Shown here: in pieces, positions 1-8,312 of the stretch
Numbering within the stretch: position 1 is the first letter of the stretch
Layout of the letters: every line of letters starts with the position of its first letter
Origin: Candidatus Woesearchaeota archaeon
GTDB lineage: Archaea; Nanobdellota; Nanobdellia; SCGC-AAA011-G17; GW2011-AR17
Direction of reading: 5' to 3'
DNA length: 33,948 nucleotides
NCBI GenBank assembly: GCA_964358335.1
Contig: CAYHOW010000002.1
Coordinates: 1 to 33,948 of the forward strand
The notes under the pieces: model-generated
Told to the model about the DNA's origin: nothing
Database searches by the model: none
The model's input: the letters and a program-made list of their open reading frames with translations, nothing else
Translations under genes and position numbers: made by a program

Positions 1-973
1 CATTATCTTTTGCTGTGCATAACAGGATGCCTATAGGCTCATTATCTTCATTTGTGTTAATTTCCTTCTTTACATAGTTAAGGTAGAAGTTCATCTGCCC
101 TGCATCTTCATGCTTGAATTTTGTCGTTTTCAATTCGATGACTACATAGCATCTAAGATAAATATTGTAGAATAATAAGTCGATATAGAAATGCTCATTG
201 TCGATGCTTATCCTTTTCTGCCTGGCGACAAAGCTGAACCCTTGCCCAAGCTCAAGCAGGAACTTCTGGAGATTGTCCAATATCCTGCTTTCCAGCTCCT
301 TTTCTGTATAGATGTTTTTCTCTTCAAGGCTTAGGAAGTCCAATATGTAAGGGTCTTTAATCAAATCCTCCGACCTTGTAGGGATGTTGCCCTTGCGCTC
401 ATATTCAACCAGCGTTTTTTTGTCCTTGCTCATCAATAATCTCTCATAATGGAGGGAATGGATCTGCCTTTTCAGGTCTCTGACGCTTAGGTTTTCGTTG
501 ATTGCGTACTTCTCGAAGTATTCTCTTTTTGCCTTGTCGTCAATCTTTATCAGCTCGCAATAATGCGACCAAGCCAATTTGGGAGACACTGTCTTCCATT
601 TCTGGTGCAATTCGCCAGTCACTGACTGGCGAATCTTGCCTTTATGGAATTCATCAGACAGTGTCTGATGAATCTTATCTGTATAGATTAGATAAAAAAG
701 GCGCATGTTTCTCAAGGCCGTTGAACTGAATCCTCTGCCGAATTCCTTAATCAGTTCCTTAGATATGGAATCTATCAACTGTTTCCCATATCCTGCCCGT
801 TTCTCGCCTTTCTGCTCCTCTTCGACAATTCTCTTGCCTATTTCATAATGTGCCTTGAGCATCTGTGCGTTGACTGCGCTGAACGCCCTGTGTCTAGCTG
901 TGCTGATTATTCTCTTTAGGTCAGAAACTAGATGCGCGAGCCTTTTGGTGTCTGGCATTAAGTCTGATTTCAT
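1..973 (-). CDS. DUF1016/YhcG family PD-(D/E)xK nuclease-domain protein (3' end runs off the window; not in ORF track)
   Basis: Manual translation from ATG at 973: MKSDLMPDTK...HYEIGKRIVEEEQKGEKRAGYGK...GRGFS...LAWSHYCEL...IKDPYILDFL...FLLELGQGFSFVARQKR...FYIDLLFYN...YVVIELK...AGQMNFYL...PIGILLC, all typical YhcG motifs. Confidence 0.93.
   Translation of the reverse strand, partial: MKSDLMPDTKRLAHLVSDLKRIISTARHRAFSAVNAQMLKAHYEIGKRIVEEEQKGEKRAGYGKQLIDSISKELIKEFGRGFSSTALRNMRLFYLIYTDKIHQTLSDEFHKGKIRQSVTGELHQKWKTVSPKLAWSHYCELIKIDDKAKREYFEKYAINENLSVRDLKRQIHSLHYERLLMSKDKKTLVEYERKGNIPTRSEDLIKDPYILDFLSLEEKNIYTEKELESRILDNLQKFLLELGQGFSFVARQKRISIDNEHFYIDLLFYNIYLRCYVVIELKTTKFKHEDAGQMNFYLNYVKKEINTNEDNEPIGILLCTAKDN
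577..673. repeat. Three tandem 25-bp palindromic units inside the DUF1016 gene
   Basis: 649-673 attcatcagaca-g-tgtctgatgaat (12/12 arm symmetry); 610-634 attcgccagtca-c-tgactggcgaat (12/12); 577-601 atttgggagaca-c-tgtcttccattt (9/12). Confidence 0.9.
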
Positions 974-1154
974 TGGATTTTATCATTGGAAGAATGGGTT
1001 AATAAATTGCGATGTAGATTTTTCGGAAGGGCTGCGGCGGGGTCGGAGAATGCAGGGGTTGTAGTCGGAAAAAGCAATATGTTTATATATTGAGAAATGA
1101 ATTTCAATAGGGTTATGGCCACTGATGGGATGGCTATGCGGGAAAGGTGAGGAC

Positions 1155-1574
1155 ATGCTGATAAAAGAAGTGTTTGCTGGATTTTTAAAGGAACAGAAGG
1201 GGAATGTGTCCCTTAAGACTTACAAGGAATATGAGACTGTCATCGGTTTTTTTGGGGACTGCCTTGATGGCTATGCGTGGAATACGTTAGATGATGACAA
1301 GGCCTATGAGGAAGCCCAGCTAAAAAAATTGGCTTTCATGGATATATACGACCACACTTACATTTGGGATAATGTTGGCGAATTTTTGGATTACTTCATC
1401 CCCAGAAAGGTCAATTGGGGCGATACGTTCGTATTAAAGACGTGCCCGAGAGTGGTAAGGGGCCTGCTTAAATGGATGAGGGAAAGGAAGCTGCTGGATA
1501 AGACTGATGAGGAGATAATAGGGGCATGCGAGAACCAGACTTGGGATGATAGCCTAGAGGAGATGGGGTTCTAA
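1155..1574 (+). CDS. Hypothetical helical protein (ORF track start 1125; 1155 preferred)
   Basis: Open frame; aggtgagg SD-like motif just before ATG 1155; tttatata at 1082-1089 upstream. Confidence 0.65.
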   Translation: MLIKEVFAGFLKEQKGNVSLKTYKEYETVIGFFGDCLDGYAWNTLDDDKAYEEAQLKKLAFMDIYDHTYIWDNVGEFLDYFIPRKVNWGDTFVLKTCPRVVRGLLKWMRERKLLDKTDEEIIGACENQTWDDSLEEMGF

Positions 1575-1575
1575 G

Positions 1576-1728
1576 ATGGCAGGCCAAAAGGCGTCGGGTG
1601 GCGCGAATTTGGGGTTTGAGCAGAAGATGAAGAGATTGACTGCTGAACTTTCAGAGCAGATGAGGGAAGGCAAGAAGCTGGATGAAGAAATAAAGAATAA
1701 TCTGAATAGTCTGGGCTGGAATATTTAG
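1576..1728 (+). pseudogene. Internally deleted type I methyltransferase gene (50-aa HsdM N-terminus/C-terminus fusion)
   Basis: MAGQKASGGANLGFEQK-MKRLTAELSEQMREGKKLDEEIKNNLNSLGWNI*. ANLGFE.K resembles a common HsdM N-terminus and FE.KMKRLT.EL.EQ...LD.EI..NL..LG a common HsdM C-terminus. Confidence 0.75.
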
Positions 1729-1729
1729 C

Positions 1730-3052
1730 ATGAACAAAAAAGACCTAGTAGATTTAATCAAAACAGGAGAAGGGCTTACTCTTGAGTTTAAGGAGAATAT
1801 AGGCTCTAATCTTGGGAAAGAAATATGCTCCTTTGCCAATTCTCAAGGAGGAAAAATAATCTTGGGAGTTAAAGATAATGGCGAAATTTTAGGAATCAAC
1901 GCCACAAATTCATTAAAATCACAAATCCAAAGCTTTGCAAGAAATATCGACCCTGCGCTTTCTGTTGAAATCGAAGAAGTCGAAAATTTACTAGTCATTT
2001 ATATCCCTGCGGGAGAGAAGAAACCTTATTCTGTAAACGGCCAATTCTTTTTGAGGATAGGGGCAAACTGCCAGCAGTTAAACCGTGATGAAATAAAAGA
2101 GTTTTTCCAAAATGAGAATTTGATTTTGTTTGATAGTAAACCCAATAAGGAGTTTAATCTTGATACAGATTTTGATGGGCATAAATTCAAAAGTTTCCTG
2201 GAATCTGCAAAGATTACAGACAACCTAAGTAGAAAAGAAACCTTAAGAAACCTATTCCTTTTGGATAAGGGCTATTTAAAAAATGCAGGGGCATTATTCT
2301 TTTGCCATGGGGTTACAAAATTCTTTTTGGGTGCGACTGTATCTTGCGTGCTATATCAAGGAGTAAATAAGGCAAATATTCTTGACAAAAAGGAGTATAA
2401 TGGTGATATTATTTCAAATTATGAAAATGCTTTGACCTATACAATCTCCAAGCTTAATACTAACTATATTATTAAAAGAGAAAGAACTGAAAGGCTGGAA
2501 CTGCCTGAAGAAGCACTTAGAGAAGCAATCATTAATGCAATAGTGCATAGAGACTATTTTTCAACAGGCCATATACAGATTGATGTCTTTTTGGACAGGG
2601 TTGAAATAAGCAACCCTGGCGGGCTTGTTAAGGGGCTTAGCAAAAAAGACTTTGGAAAGGTAAGCCTGCCGCGTAACCCTCTTCTCATGGATTTAATGTT
2701 GAGGGTAAATAAAGTTGAAAAGGTCGGCTCAGGCATTGGCAGAATTAGGGATTCAATGAAATCTTATAATCTGGGGGTAGAATTCAAAAGCACTGAATTT
2801 TTCACTGTAATTCTCGGAAGGCCTACCCCCCAAGCTACCCCCCAAGCTACCCCCCAAGCTGCCCTGACTGAGCTTGAAGGTAAAATAGTTGCAGAGATTA
2901 AGGCAAATCCAAAAATATCAAGAATGGAGTTAGCCAAAGTGATAGGTGTAAGTTCTGATACTATCAAAGAATACTTGGAAAAACTGAAGTCTAAAAAAGC
3001 AATAATACGAGTTGGCAAAACCAGTGCTGGCCGCTGGGAAGTAGTCGGATGA
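1730..3052 (+). CDS. Schlafen/AlbA_2 + HATPase_c_4 (RecG-C-like) + C-terminal HTH protein
   Basis: GEGLTLEFKE, SFANSQGGKIILGVKDNG (AlbA_2); ALREAIINAIVHRDY, EISNPGG, RNPLL, VEKVGSGI (HATPase_c_4); C-terminal wHTH ending G.W. Confidence 0.9.
   Translation: MNKKDLVDLIKTGEGLTLEFKENIGSNLGKEICSFANSQGGKIILGVKDNGEILGINATNSLKSQIQSFARNIDPALSVEIEEVENLLVIYIPAGEKKPYSVNGQFFLRIGANCQQLNRDEIKEFFQNENLILFDSKPNKEFNLDTDFDGHKFKSFLESAKITDNLSRKETLRNLFLLDKGYLKNAGALFFCHGVTKFFLGATVSCVLYQGVNKANILDKKEYNGDIISNYENALTYTISKLNTNYIIKRERTERLELPEEALREAIINAIVHRDYFSTGHIQIDVFLDRVEISNPGGLVKGLSKKDFGKVSLPRNPLLMDLMLRVNKVEKVGSGIGRIRDSMKSYNLGVEFKSTEFFTVILGRPTPQATPQATPQAALTELEGKIVAEIKANPKISRMELAKVIGVSSDTIKEYLEKLKSKKAIIRVGKTSAGRWEVVG
2823..2864 (+). 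repeat. In-frame 12-bp tandem repeat (ctaccccccaag x3 plus partial), encoding TPQA
   Basis: Directly visible; lies in the linker before the HTH. Confidence 0.92.
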
Positions 3053-3117
3053 AAGAATGGCAGAAATTAGACCCAGAAATAAAGAAGAATCTTAGGGGCA
3101 GAGGTTAGAAAATATGA
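3049..3117 (+). repeat. Degenerate chimeric spacer: HsdS-like start followed by HsdM-like end
   Basis: Reads MKEWQKLDPEIKKNLRGRG*KI*; ungapped, codon-aligned match to 1660-1728 (MREGKKLDEEIKNNLNSLGWNI*), 43/69 nt by hand count. Confidence 0.55.
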
Positions 3118-3317
3118 ATGAGAAAGAATTAGCCCAAAAGTTAAGGGATTTTGACTGGTATAAAATAACATTTCCATTTAATCGTAGTATTATTAATTCT
3201 ACAAATAAAACTACGAATAAATCCTTGGGTGTTGGGTCTGAATTGCTGAATCTATTTTTAAACTACTCTTTAAACACATTTCAACAGAATAGGAATATCA
3301 TCGGATTGAAAGCATAA
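3114..3317 (+). CDS. Short hypothetical ORF, possibly a gene remnant
   Basis: 67 aa; ATGA overlap with the upstream spacer; stop 1 nt before hsdR start. Confidence 0.35.
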   Translation: MNEKELAQKLRDFDWYKITFPFNRSIINSTNKTTNKSLGVGSELLNLFLNYSLNTFQQNRNIIGLKA

Positions 3318-3318
3318 A

Positions 3319-6033
3319 ATGAATGAAGCGCAAACTAGGGAACAAGTTATTGATAAGCAGCTGAAAGCTAGGGGCTGGCTAAAGAGCTATATCAAGGAAG
3401 AAGTTAATGCAATTGGATCTAATTTCAAGGCTAAAGATTATGTCCTCTCTAAGGGCAGAGGTGATGATTCTGGAAGATTCATTGATTATCTGTTATTGGC
3501 TGAAGATAATTCTCCCCTTGCATTAATAGAAGCCAAAAAATCATCAGTTTCGGAAGAGAATGGAAGGATTCAGGCGAGGACGTATCTGAAAGACATTGAA
3601 AGTCAAACTGGAGAAAAGATACCTATTTTTTTGACGAATGGCAATAATTGGCTGTTAATCGACGAAGATGGCGAACGCCGCATCAGCGGGCCATTATCCC
3701 AGCCAGACCTGCAGAGAAGAATGGAGCTGCATAGGAAAAGAAGGGACCCTACAAAGATAAGCATTGAAAGGATTGTCAATCGCCCACGAAGCATCCTTGT
3801 AGTTAAGCAGTTAATGGAGCATATCCAAAAAGGGCATAGGTCAGCGTTAATCTCGATGGCAACTGGAACTGGTAAAACTAGGGTTGCCATGGCCATGATT
3901 GATGTTTTGCTTAGAGCGAACATTATCAGGAATGTCCTGTTTATTGCGGATAGGATAGCTTTGACCAATCAGGCCAAGTCTGCCGGGTTTCAGGAATTCT
4001 TCAGGTCAGAGGCAGTGATTGACTTGAGGGAAAATCCCGAAAGCTTCCCTAATGGGCTTTATGTCACTACGGTCCAGACCTTGAGGGTTCCAAAGAAGAA
4101 TAAGTTTTATGAGCATTTCAGCCCGGGCTTTTTTGACCTGATTATTTTCGATGAGGCCCATAGGTCAATCTATGATCCTAACAAGGAAGTTTACAGGTAT
4201 TTTGACGCAATCAAGATTGGATTGACCGCAACGCCGTCATCGGCCGAGGATAGGAACACGTTTGAATTGTTTGGCTGTAAAGGGAATAAGCCGACAATTG
4301 AATATTCTTATGAGGAAGCAATCAGGGATGGCGTGCTAGTGCCTTATAATGCACAAATCATTGACACAAAAGTATTATCTTTGGGCATTGAAGGTGCAAC
4401 ATTATCTAAGGAATTAAAAAGCCAACTAATAAGGCAAGAAGAAGATCCTCGATATACAATGCTTCCTGGATCTGCGTTTGCTAAAGTATTTATGGACGAT
4501 AAGACCAACGAGCTGATAGTCAGGGAATTCCTGAACAGATGCTATAAGTCCGACGAGGGAAAGCCAGCAAAGACCATCTTTTTTTGCGCTAATATCTCCC
4601 ATGCGAAGCGCATTAAGAAAATATTCGATAAGCTGGATCCTACGTTAGGCAATGATGTTCAGCCCATCGTCTCTGAAGATTACAGGTATACTGATGAGAT
4701 TGCAAGATTCAAGCTGGATTCAGAGCCGAGAATAGCATTGTCTGTTGGGGTTTTAGATACTGGCGTGGACATTCCAGAAGTGTGCAACCTGGTCTTTGCC
4801 AAGCCGGTATTTTCTGGAATTAGGTTCTGGCAGATGCTTGGAAGGGGGACAAGGAATCTAAGCGCGTGCAAGCATAAGGAATGGCTGCCGAATAGGGAGA
4901 AAAATGATTTCTTGATACTGGACTTCACTATTGGCGGGCATTCAAACGTCAAAGAGCATAACTTGAAAGAGGCGAAAGAGGCCAAGGTTGGGATAGATGC
5001 ATTGACAAGGATTTTCTTGAATCGGGTTGAGCTATTAAACAAGAGACTGGACCCTAAACAAAGGTCATTTATCGAGGATAAGATTATCGAGGAAGTCGAT
5101 GCGCTAAATAAGGACTCGTATATTGTCCGCGAGAAACTGCCCATAATCAGGAAATTGGTTTCTAGAAGGTTTGACCTGAAAGAATACCTTAAGGAATTAA
5201 AAAATGAGATTGCTCCCTTGATTTCGCTCAATCCCGGAAAAGATTCGCTGGTCACTTCGTTCATACTGCAGATTGAAAAGCTGTTCGCATCCATAATTGA
5301 TGAAGATAAGGAAAAAATATACAAAATAAGCCGGGAAGCCAGGGAGAAAATGGAAAATATCCTGCAGAAGGGCCATTTGGAGACTGTACAGCGCAAAAAA
5401 GAAAGCATAATGAGAGTATTCCATGATAAATTCTGGGACGAGCTGGCCTTTGAGGATGTCGAATTTATTATTAAGGAATTAGCCCCGCTAATGGTTTACT
5501 ATGAACAGAACCCTAAACGGCTTATCCAAATAGATGCGCCGGATTTAGTCTTGAAAGTGGAGGATTTCAAGAAGGAAGTCGTGGAAGACAAGGAATTAAA
5601 AAGGTTCGTTGAAACGAATCCCCTTATAAGGAAGATTAGGGATGGGGAAGGTGTGACTCCTGCTGAATTGCTTAAGCTTGAAGAGCAATTGCATGCGCTT
5701 AGGCCCGAGATAACCATTGACAATGTCCAAAGGATACGCAAGATTGACTTCCTGCTGTTTTTAAGGAACATATTGGGCCTGAAGCAGGAGTATGACCCGC
5801 AAGAATTGATTGAGAGGGAGTTTGACAAGCACATTATCGATAGAAATAAGGATTATAATTCCGAGCAGATAAAGTTCCTTCAGGTCCTGAAAAAAGTGTT
5901 TGCTAGGACTAAGCGCATAGAGTTGAAGGACTTCACGGTTCCGCCATTATCCAACGAAAGGCCGCTTGACAAGTTCCAGGCATCCGAGCTGCAGGAGATA
6001 GTGGTGAGGTGCAATAGGATAAAAATGAAATAG
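3319..6033 (+). CDS. hsdR: Type I restriction enzyme R subunit (EcoEI-like)
   Basis: IDYLL..IEAKK nuclease motif, MATGTGKT Walker A, DEAH, GLTATP, DTGVD, QMLGRGTR, EcoEI_R_C-like tail. Confidence 0.95.
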   Translation: MNEAQTREQVIDKQLKARGWLKSYIKEEVNAIGSNFKAKDYVLSKGRGDDSGRFIDYLLLAEDNSPLALIEAKKSSVSEENGRIQARTYLKDIESQTGEKIPIFLTNGNNWLLIDEDGERRISGPLSQPDLQRRMELHRKRRDPTKISIERIVNRPRSILVVKQLMEHIQKGHRSALISMATGTGKTRVAMAMIDVLLRANIIRNVLFIADRIALTNQAKSAGFQEFFRSEAVIDLRENPESFPNGLYVTTVQTLRVPKKNKFYEHFSPGFFDLIIFDEAHRSIYDPNKEVYRYFDAIKIGLTATPSSAEDRNTFELFGCKGNKPTIEYSYEEAIRDGVLVPYNAQIIDTKVLSLGIEGATLSKELKSQLIRQEEDPRYTMLPGSAFAKVFMDDKTNELIVREFLNRCYKSDEGKPAKTIFFCANISHAKRIKKIFDKLDPTLGNDVQPIVSEDYRYTDEIARFKLDSEPRIALSVGVLDTGVDIPEVCNLVFAKPVFSGIRFWQMLGRGTRNLSACKHKEWLPNREKNDFLILDFTIGGHSNVKEHNLKEAKEAKVGIDALTRIFLNRVELLNKRLDPKQRSFIEDKIIEEVDALNKDSYIVREKLPIIRKLVSRRFDLKEYLKELKNEIAPLISLNPGKDSLVTSFILQIEKLFASIIDEDKEKIYKISREAREKMENILQKGHLETVQRKKESIMRVFHDKFWDELAFEDVEFIIKELAPLMVYYEQNPKRLIQIDAPDLVLKVEDFKKEVVEDKELKRFVETNPLIRKIRDGEGVTPAELLKLEEQLHALRPEITIDNVQRIRKIDFLLFLRNILGLKQEYDPQELIEREFDKHIIDRNKDYNSEQIKFLQVLKKVFARTKRIELKDFTVPPLSNERPLDKFQASELQEIVVRCNRIKMK

Positions 6034-6070
6034 GTTTACCTTTGGTTAACTTAATTTGATAAATTAGGAT

Positions 6071-6081
6071 AAGTTTATATA
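6071..6081 (+). promoter_or_regulatory. Putative archaeal TATA box for 6104 and downstream genes
   Basis: aag-tttatata ending 22 nt before ATG 6104. Confidence 0.45.
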
Positions 6082-6103
6082 GCTGTACTCTATTTCTCCT
6101 TGT

Positions 6104-6499
6104 ATGCTTAATAAGCCGCTAAGAATCCAAGAGAACAAAGTTGTGATGGCAAAACTTCCTCGTGAAGAGTTTATCAAGCTCCAGAAGCATTGCGCTGTGA
6201 AGAATGAGTCTGTCAATGCTGTCGTTCGCAAGGCAGTGATGAATGAGATTGAGACTCCTATCCCTCACATGCTTGCGGGAAAGAACTTGTTTTCTTATAA
6301 CAAATACAAAGACAATTTTAGCTGGAGAGTTGTTTTGGATAATGGCTTGAGGGTTGACATAGAAGATGATTTATCTGCTGAGTATGTTTCGCAATTGTTT
6401 GAATCAATAAAACAGGCGGTTGATGAACGAGAGACCTACATCAAGAAAGAAAAGGATGGCGTAGCTATACCGAGTAAATTAGTGAGGAAAGGGTTATGA
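6104..6499 (+). CDS. Hypothetical protein with possible N-terminal ribbon-helix-helix domain
   Basis: VVMAKLPREEFIKLQKHC...SVNAVVRKAV fits a beta-helix-helix pattern; ATGA-coupled to next gene. Confidence 0.6.
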   Translation: MLNKPLRIQENKVVMAKLPREEFIKLQKHCAVKNESVNAVVRKAVMNEIETPIPHMLAGKNLFSYNKYKDNFSWRVVLDNGLRVDIEDDLSAEYVSQLFESIKQAVDERETYIKKEKDGVAIPSKLVRKGL

Positions 6500-7110
6500 G
6501 CTTAGAAACAAATTTTTTTATTAATAATTGGGCATTCATTATCCCTATAATTTTATCAATAATTGCAATTGTTTTCACTGCATTTAAAGATTTCATACTC
6601 CCTTGGTTTTTTAAGCCAGAATTAGAGATAACTTATGGCAAAAAAGAACCATATAATAGACAGGTACCTATTATTGAATCTAATTCAGTAAATGTAGGTT
6701 TTTTTTATAGATTTAAAATAAGAAATATTGGCAAAAAAACGGCAAAAAATTGCAGATGCCAAGTTTACTCTATCAAAAATAAAAGAGGCAACGAATTGGA
6801 TTTACAGGGATTTCCTCTTAAATGGGTCAGTAGGCCAGACTCAAAAGAAAGGTTAAATATTTCACACGGAGAAAGCGAATTTGTAGACTTAGCAAATACA
6901 CGTATAGATAGTGTAGGATATTTTTATTTAGAACCATATCATAATGTGCCTATTGGAATGAATAATCAAGTTTCCCTTGACTATTATGCTCTGAAAATAA
7001 TCATAAGCGGAGACAATTTTAAGCCGTATTTTGCAACCTTTAGAATAAATGGGCAACCAAAGGAAAAACATATTTTAGAAATGTTCTTAAAAAGTGTGGC
7101 GAGAAAATGA
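6496..7110 (+). CDS. Hypothetical protein with N-terminal transmembrane helix
   Basis: WAFIIPIILSIIAIVFTAF hydrophobic segment, then beta-rich domain (IRNIGKKTAKNC); ATGA overlaps at both ends; AT-rich. Confidence 0.75.
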   Translation: MSLETNFFINNWAFIIPIILSIIAIVFTAFKDFILPWFFKPELEITYGKKEPYNRQVPIIESNSVNVGFFYRFKIRNIGKKTAKNCRCQVYSIKNKRGNELDLQGFPLKWVSRPDSKERLNISHGESEFVDLANTRIDSVGYFYLEPYHNVPIGMNNQVSLDYYALKIIISGDNFKPYFATFRINGQPKEKHILEMFLKSVARK

Positions 7111-8312
7111 AAGCTAAAAATCTACCAGAAGGATGGAAGAAAGTTGAACTTTGGAATCAAGAATATTTTACTATTTTATCTAGCGGCATAGATAAATTTA
7201 AAGGAGAAAAAGAATATTTATCAACCGAGTCAGTTAAAGGAACTAAGATTGAGAAAATTGAATCCATAATAACTTATAAAGATAGGCCCTCAAGAGCAAA
7301 TATGCAACCTGTCCTAAATTCGGTCTGGTTTGCAAAAATGCAAGCAACTTTAAAGGTTTATTCTTTTGATGAAGAAAACAAAGATGAAATAGGGCGATAT
7401 GTTTTATCTACTGGTTTTGCAGGAATTAAAGTAAATGAAACTCTTGTTTCACCCAAATATTTAAGATTAATCCTAACATCTCAAGATTTTAATGAACTTA
7501 AAGATAAGCTTTGTACTGGTTCAACACAAAGAGGAATAAATAATCAATCAATTGAAACGATATCTTTGGTTATCCCCCCACTCTCAACCCAGCAAAGAAT
7601 CGTCTCAATCTTGGAAAAAGCAGAGCAGACGAAAGAAATGCGGAAAGAGGCAGACGAATTGACAAAAGACTTATTGAAAGCTGTCTTTATGGAGATGTTT
7701 GGAAATGTTGCTAAAAATAATAAAAAATGGCAAACTATGCAAGCAGAAGAACTATTTGATATGAAACTAGGGAAAATGCTTTCAGCGGCAAATTATACTG
7801 GGAAATACTTAAAACCCTATTTAAGAAATATTAATGTTCAATGGAATTATTTAGATTTATCAGATGTTAAAAAAATGGATTTTAATTCTGAAGACTTTAA
7901 ACGGTATGAACTTAAAAAAGGAGACATACTAGTATGTGAAGGCGGAGAAGTTGGAAGAACAGCAATATACAATGGAGAAATTCCTAATTGCTGTTATCAG
8001 AATGCATTGCATAGATTAAGAATCAAAAACCAAAGTGTTAATCCTTTTTATTTTATTTATTATATGATCTTTGCTGCAGAATATGGATTACTTAAACAAA
8101 GCACTATACAAGTAACTATAGCACATTTCACGGCTGAAAAATTTAAAAGATTAAAAATTATGTGTCCACCTCTTCCTCTCCAAGATAAATTCGCCTCAAT
8201 AGTCAAAGAAGTTGAATCAATGAAAGAGCAGCAGAAGCATTCAAAAGAGCATATTGACAATATGTTTGATGCTTTAATGCAGAAGGCATTTAAGGGGGAA
8301 ATTCATGCCTGA
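7107..8312 (+). CDS. hsdS: Type I R-M specificity subunit
   Basis: LPEGW start, two TRDs, PPLSTQQRIV and PPLPLQDKFA conserved regions, QKAFKGEI end. Confidence 0.95.
   Translation: MKAKNLPEGWKKVELWNQEYFTILSSGIDKFKGEKEYLSTESVKGTKIEKIESIITYKDRPSRANMQPVLNSVWFAKMQATLKVYSFDEENKDEIGRYVLSTGFAGIKVNETLVSPKYLRLILTSQDFNELKDKLCTGSTQRGINNQSIETISLVIPPLSTQQRIVSILEKAEQTKEMRKEADELTKDLLKAVFMEMFGNVAKNNKKWQTMQAEELFDMKLGKMLSAANYTGKYLKPYLRNINVQWNYLDLSDVKKMDFNSEDFKRYELKKGDILVCEGGEVGRTAIYNGEIPNCCYQNALHRLRIKNQSVNPFYFIYYMIFAAEYGLLKQSTIQVTIAHFTAEKFKRLKIMCPPLPLQDKFASIVKEVESMKEQQKHSKEHIDNMFDALMQKAFKGEIHA

Noticed and set aside
577-673. Palindromic units as a mini CRISPR array
   Set aside because: Only 8-14 bp between units, the units themselves differ, they are in frame within a gene, and no cas genes are present
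502-1064. Plus-strand ORFs 502-729 and 855-1064
   Set aside because: Shadow frames of the minus-strand DUF1016 gene
3114-3330. ORF 3114 starting MNE like HsdR and ending IGLKA like the HsdM end KGLKIA
   Set aside because: Similarities too short to support another spacer
3603-5834. Long antisense ORFs within hsdR (and likewise within Bro-N, hsdM, valS, aRF1, scpB and the GT genes)
   Set aside because: Antisense shadows of well-supported genes with no recognisable motifs
7107-8312. Invertible hsdS shufflon / phase-variable type I system
   Set aside because: Only one hsdS, no inverted silent TRD copies and no recombinase seen in the window
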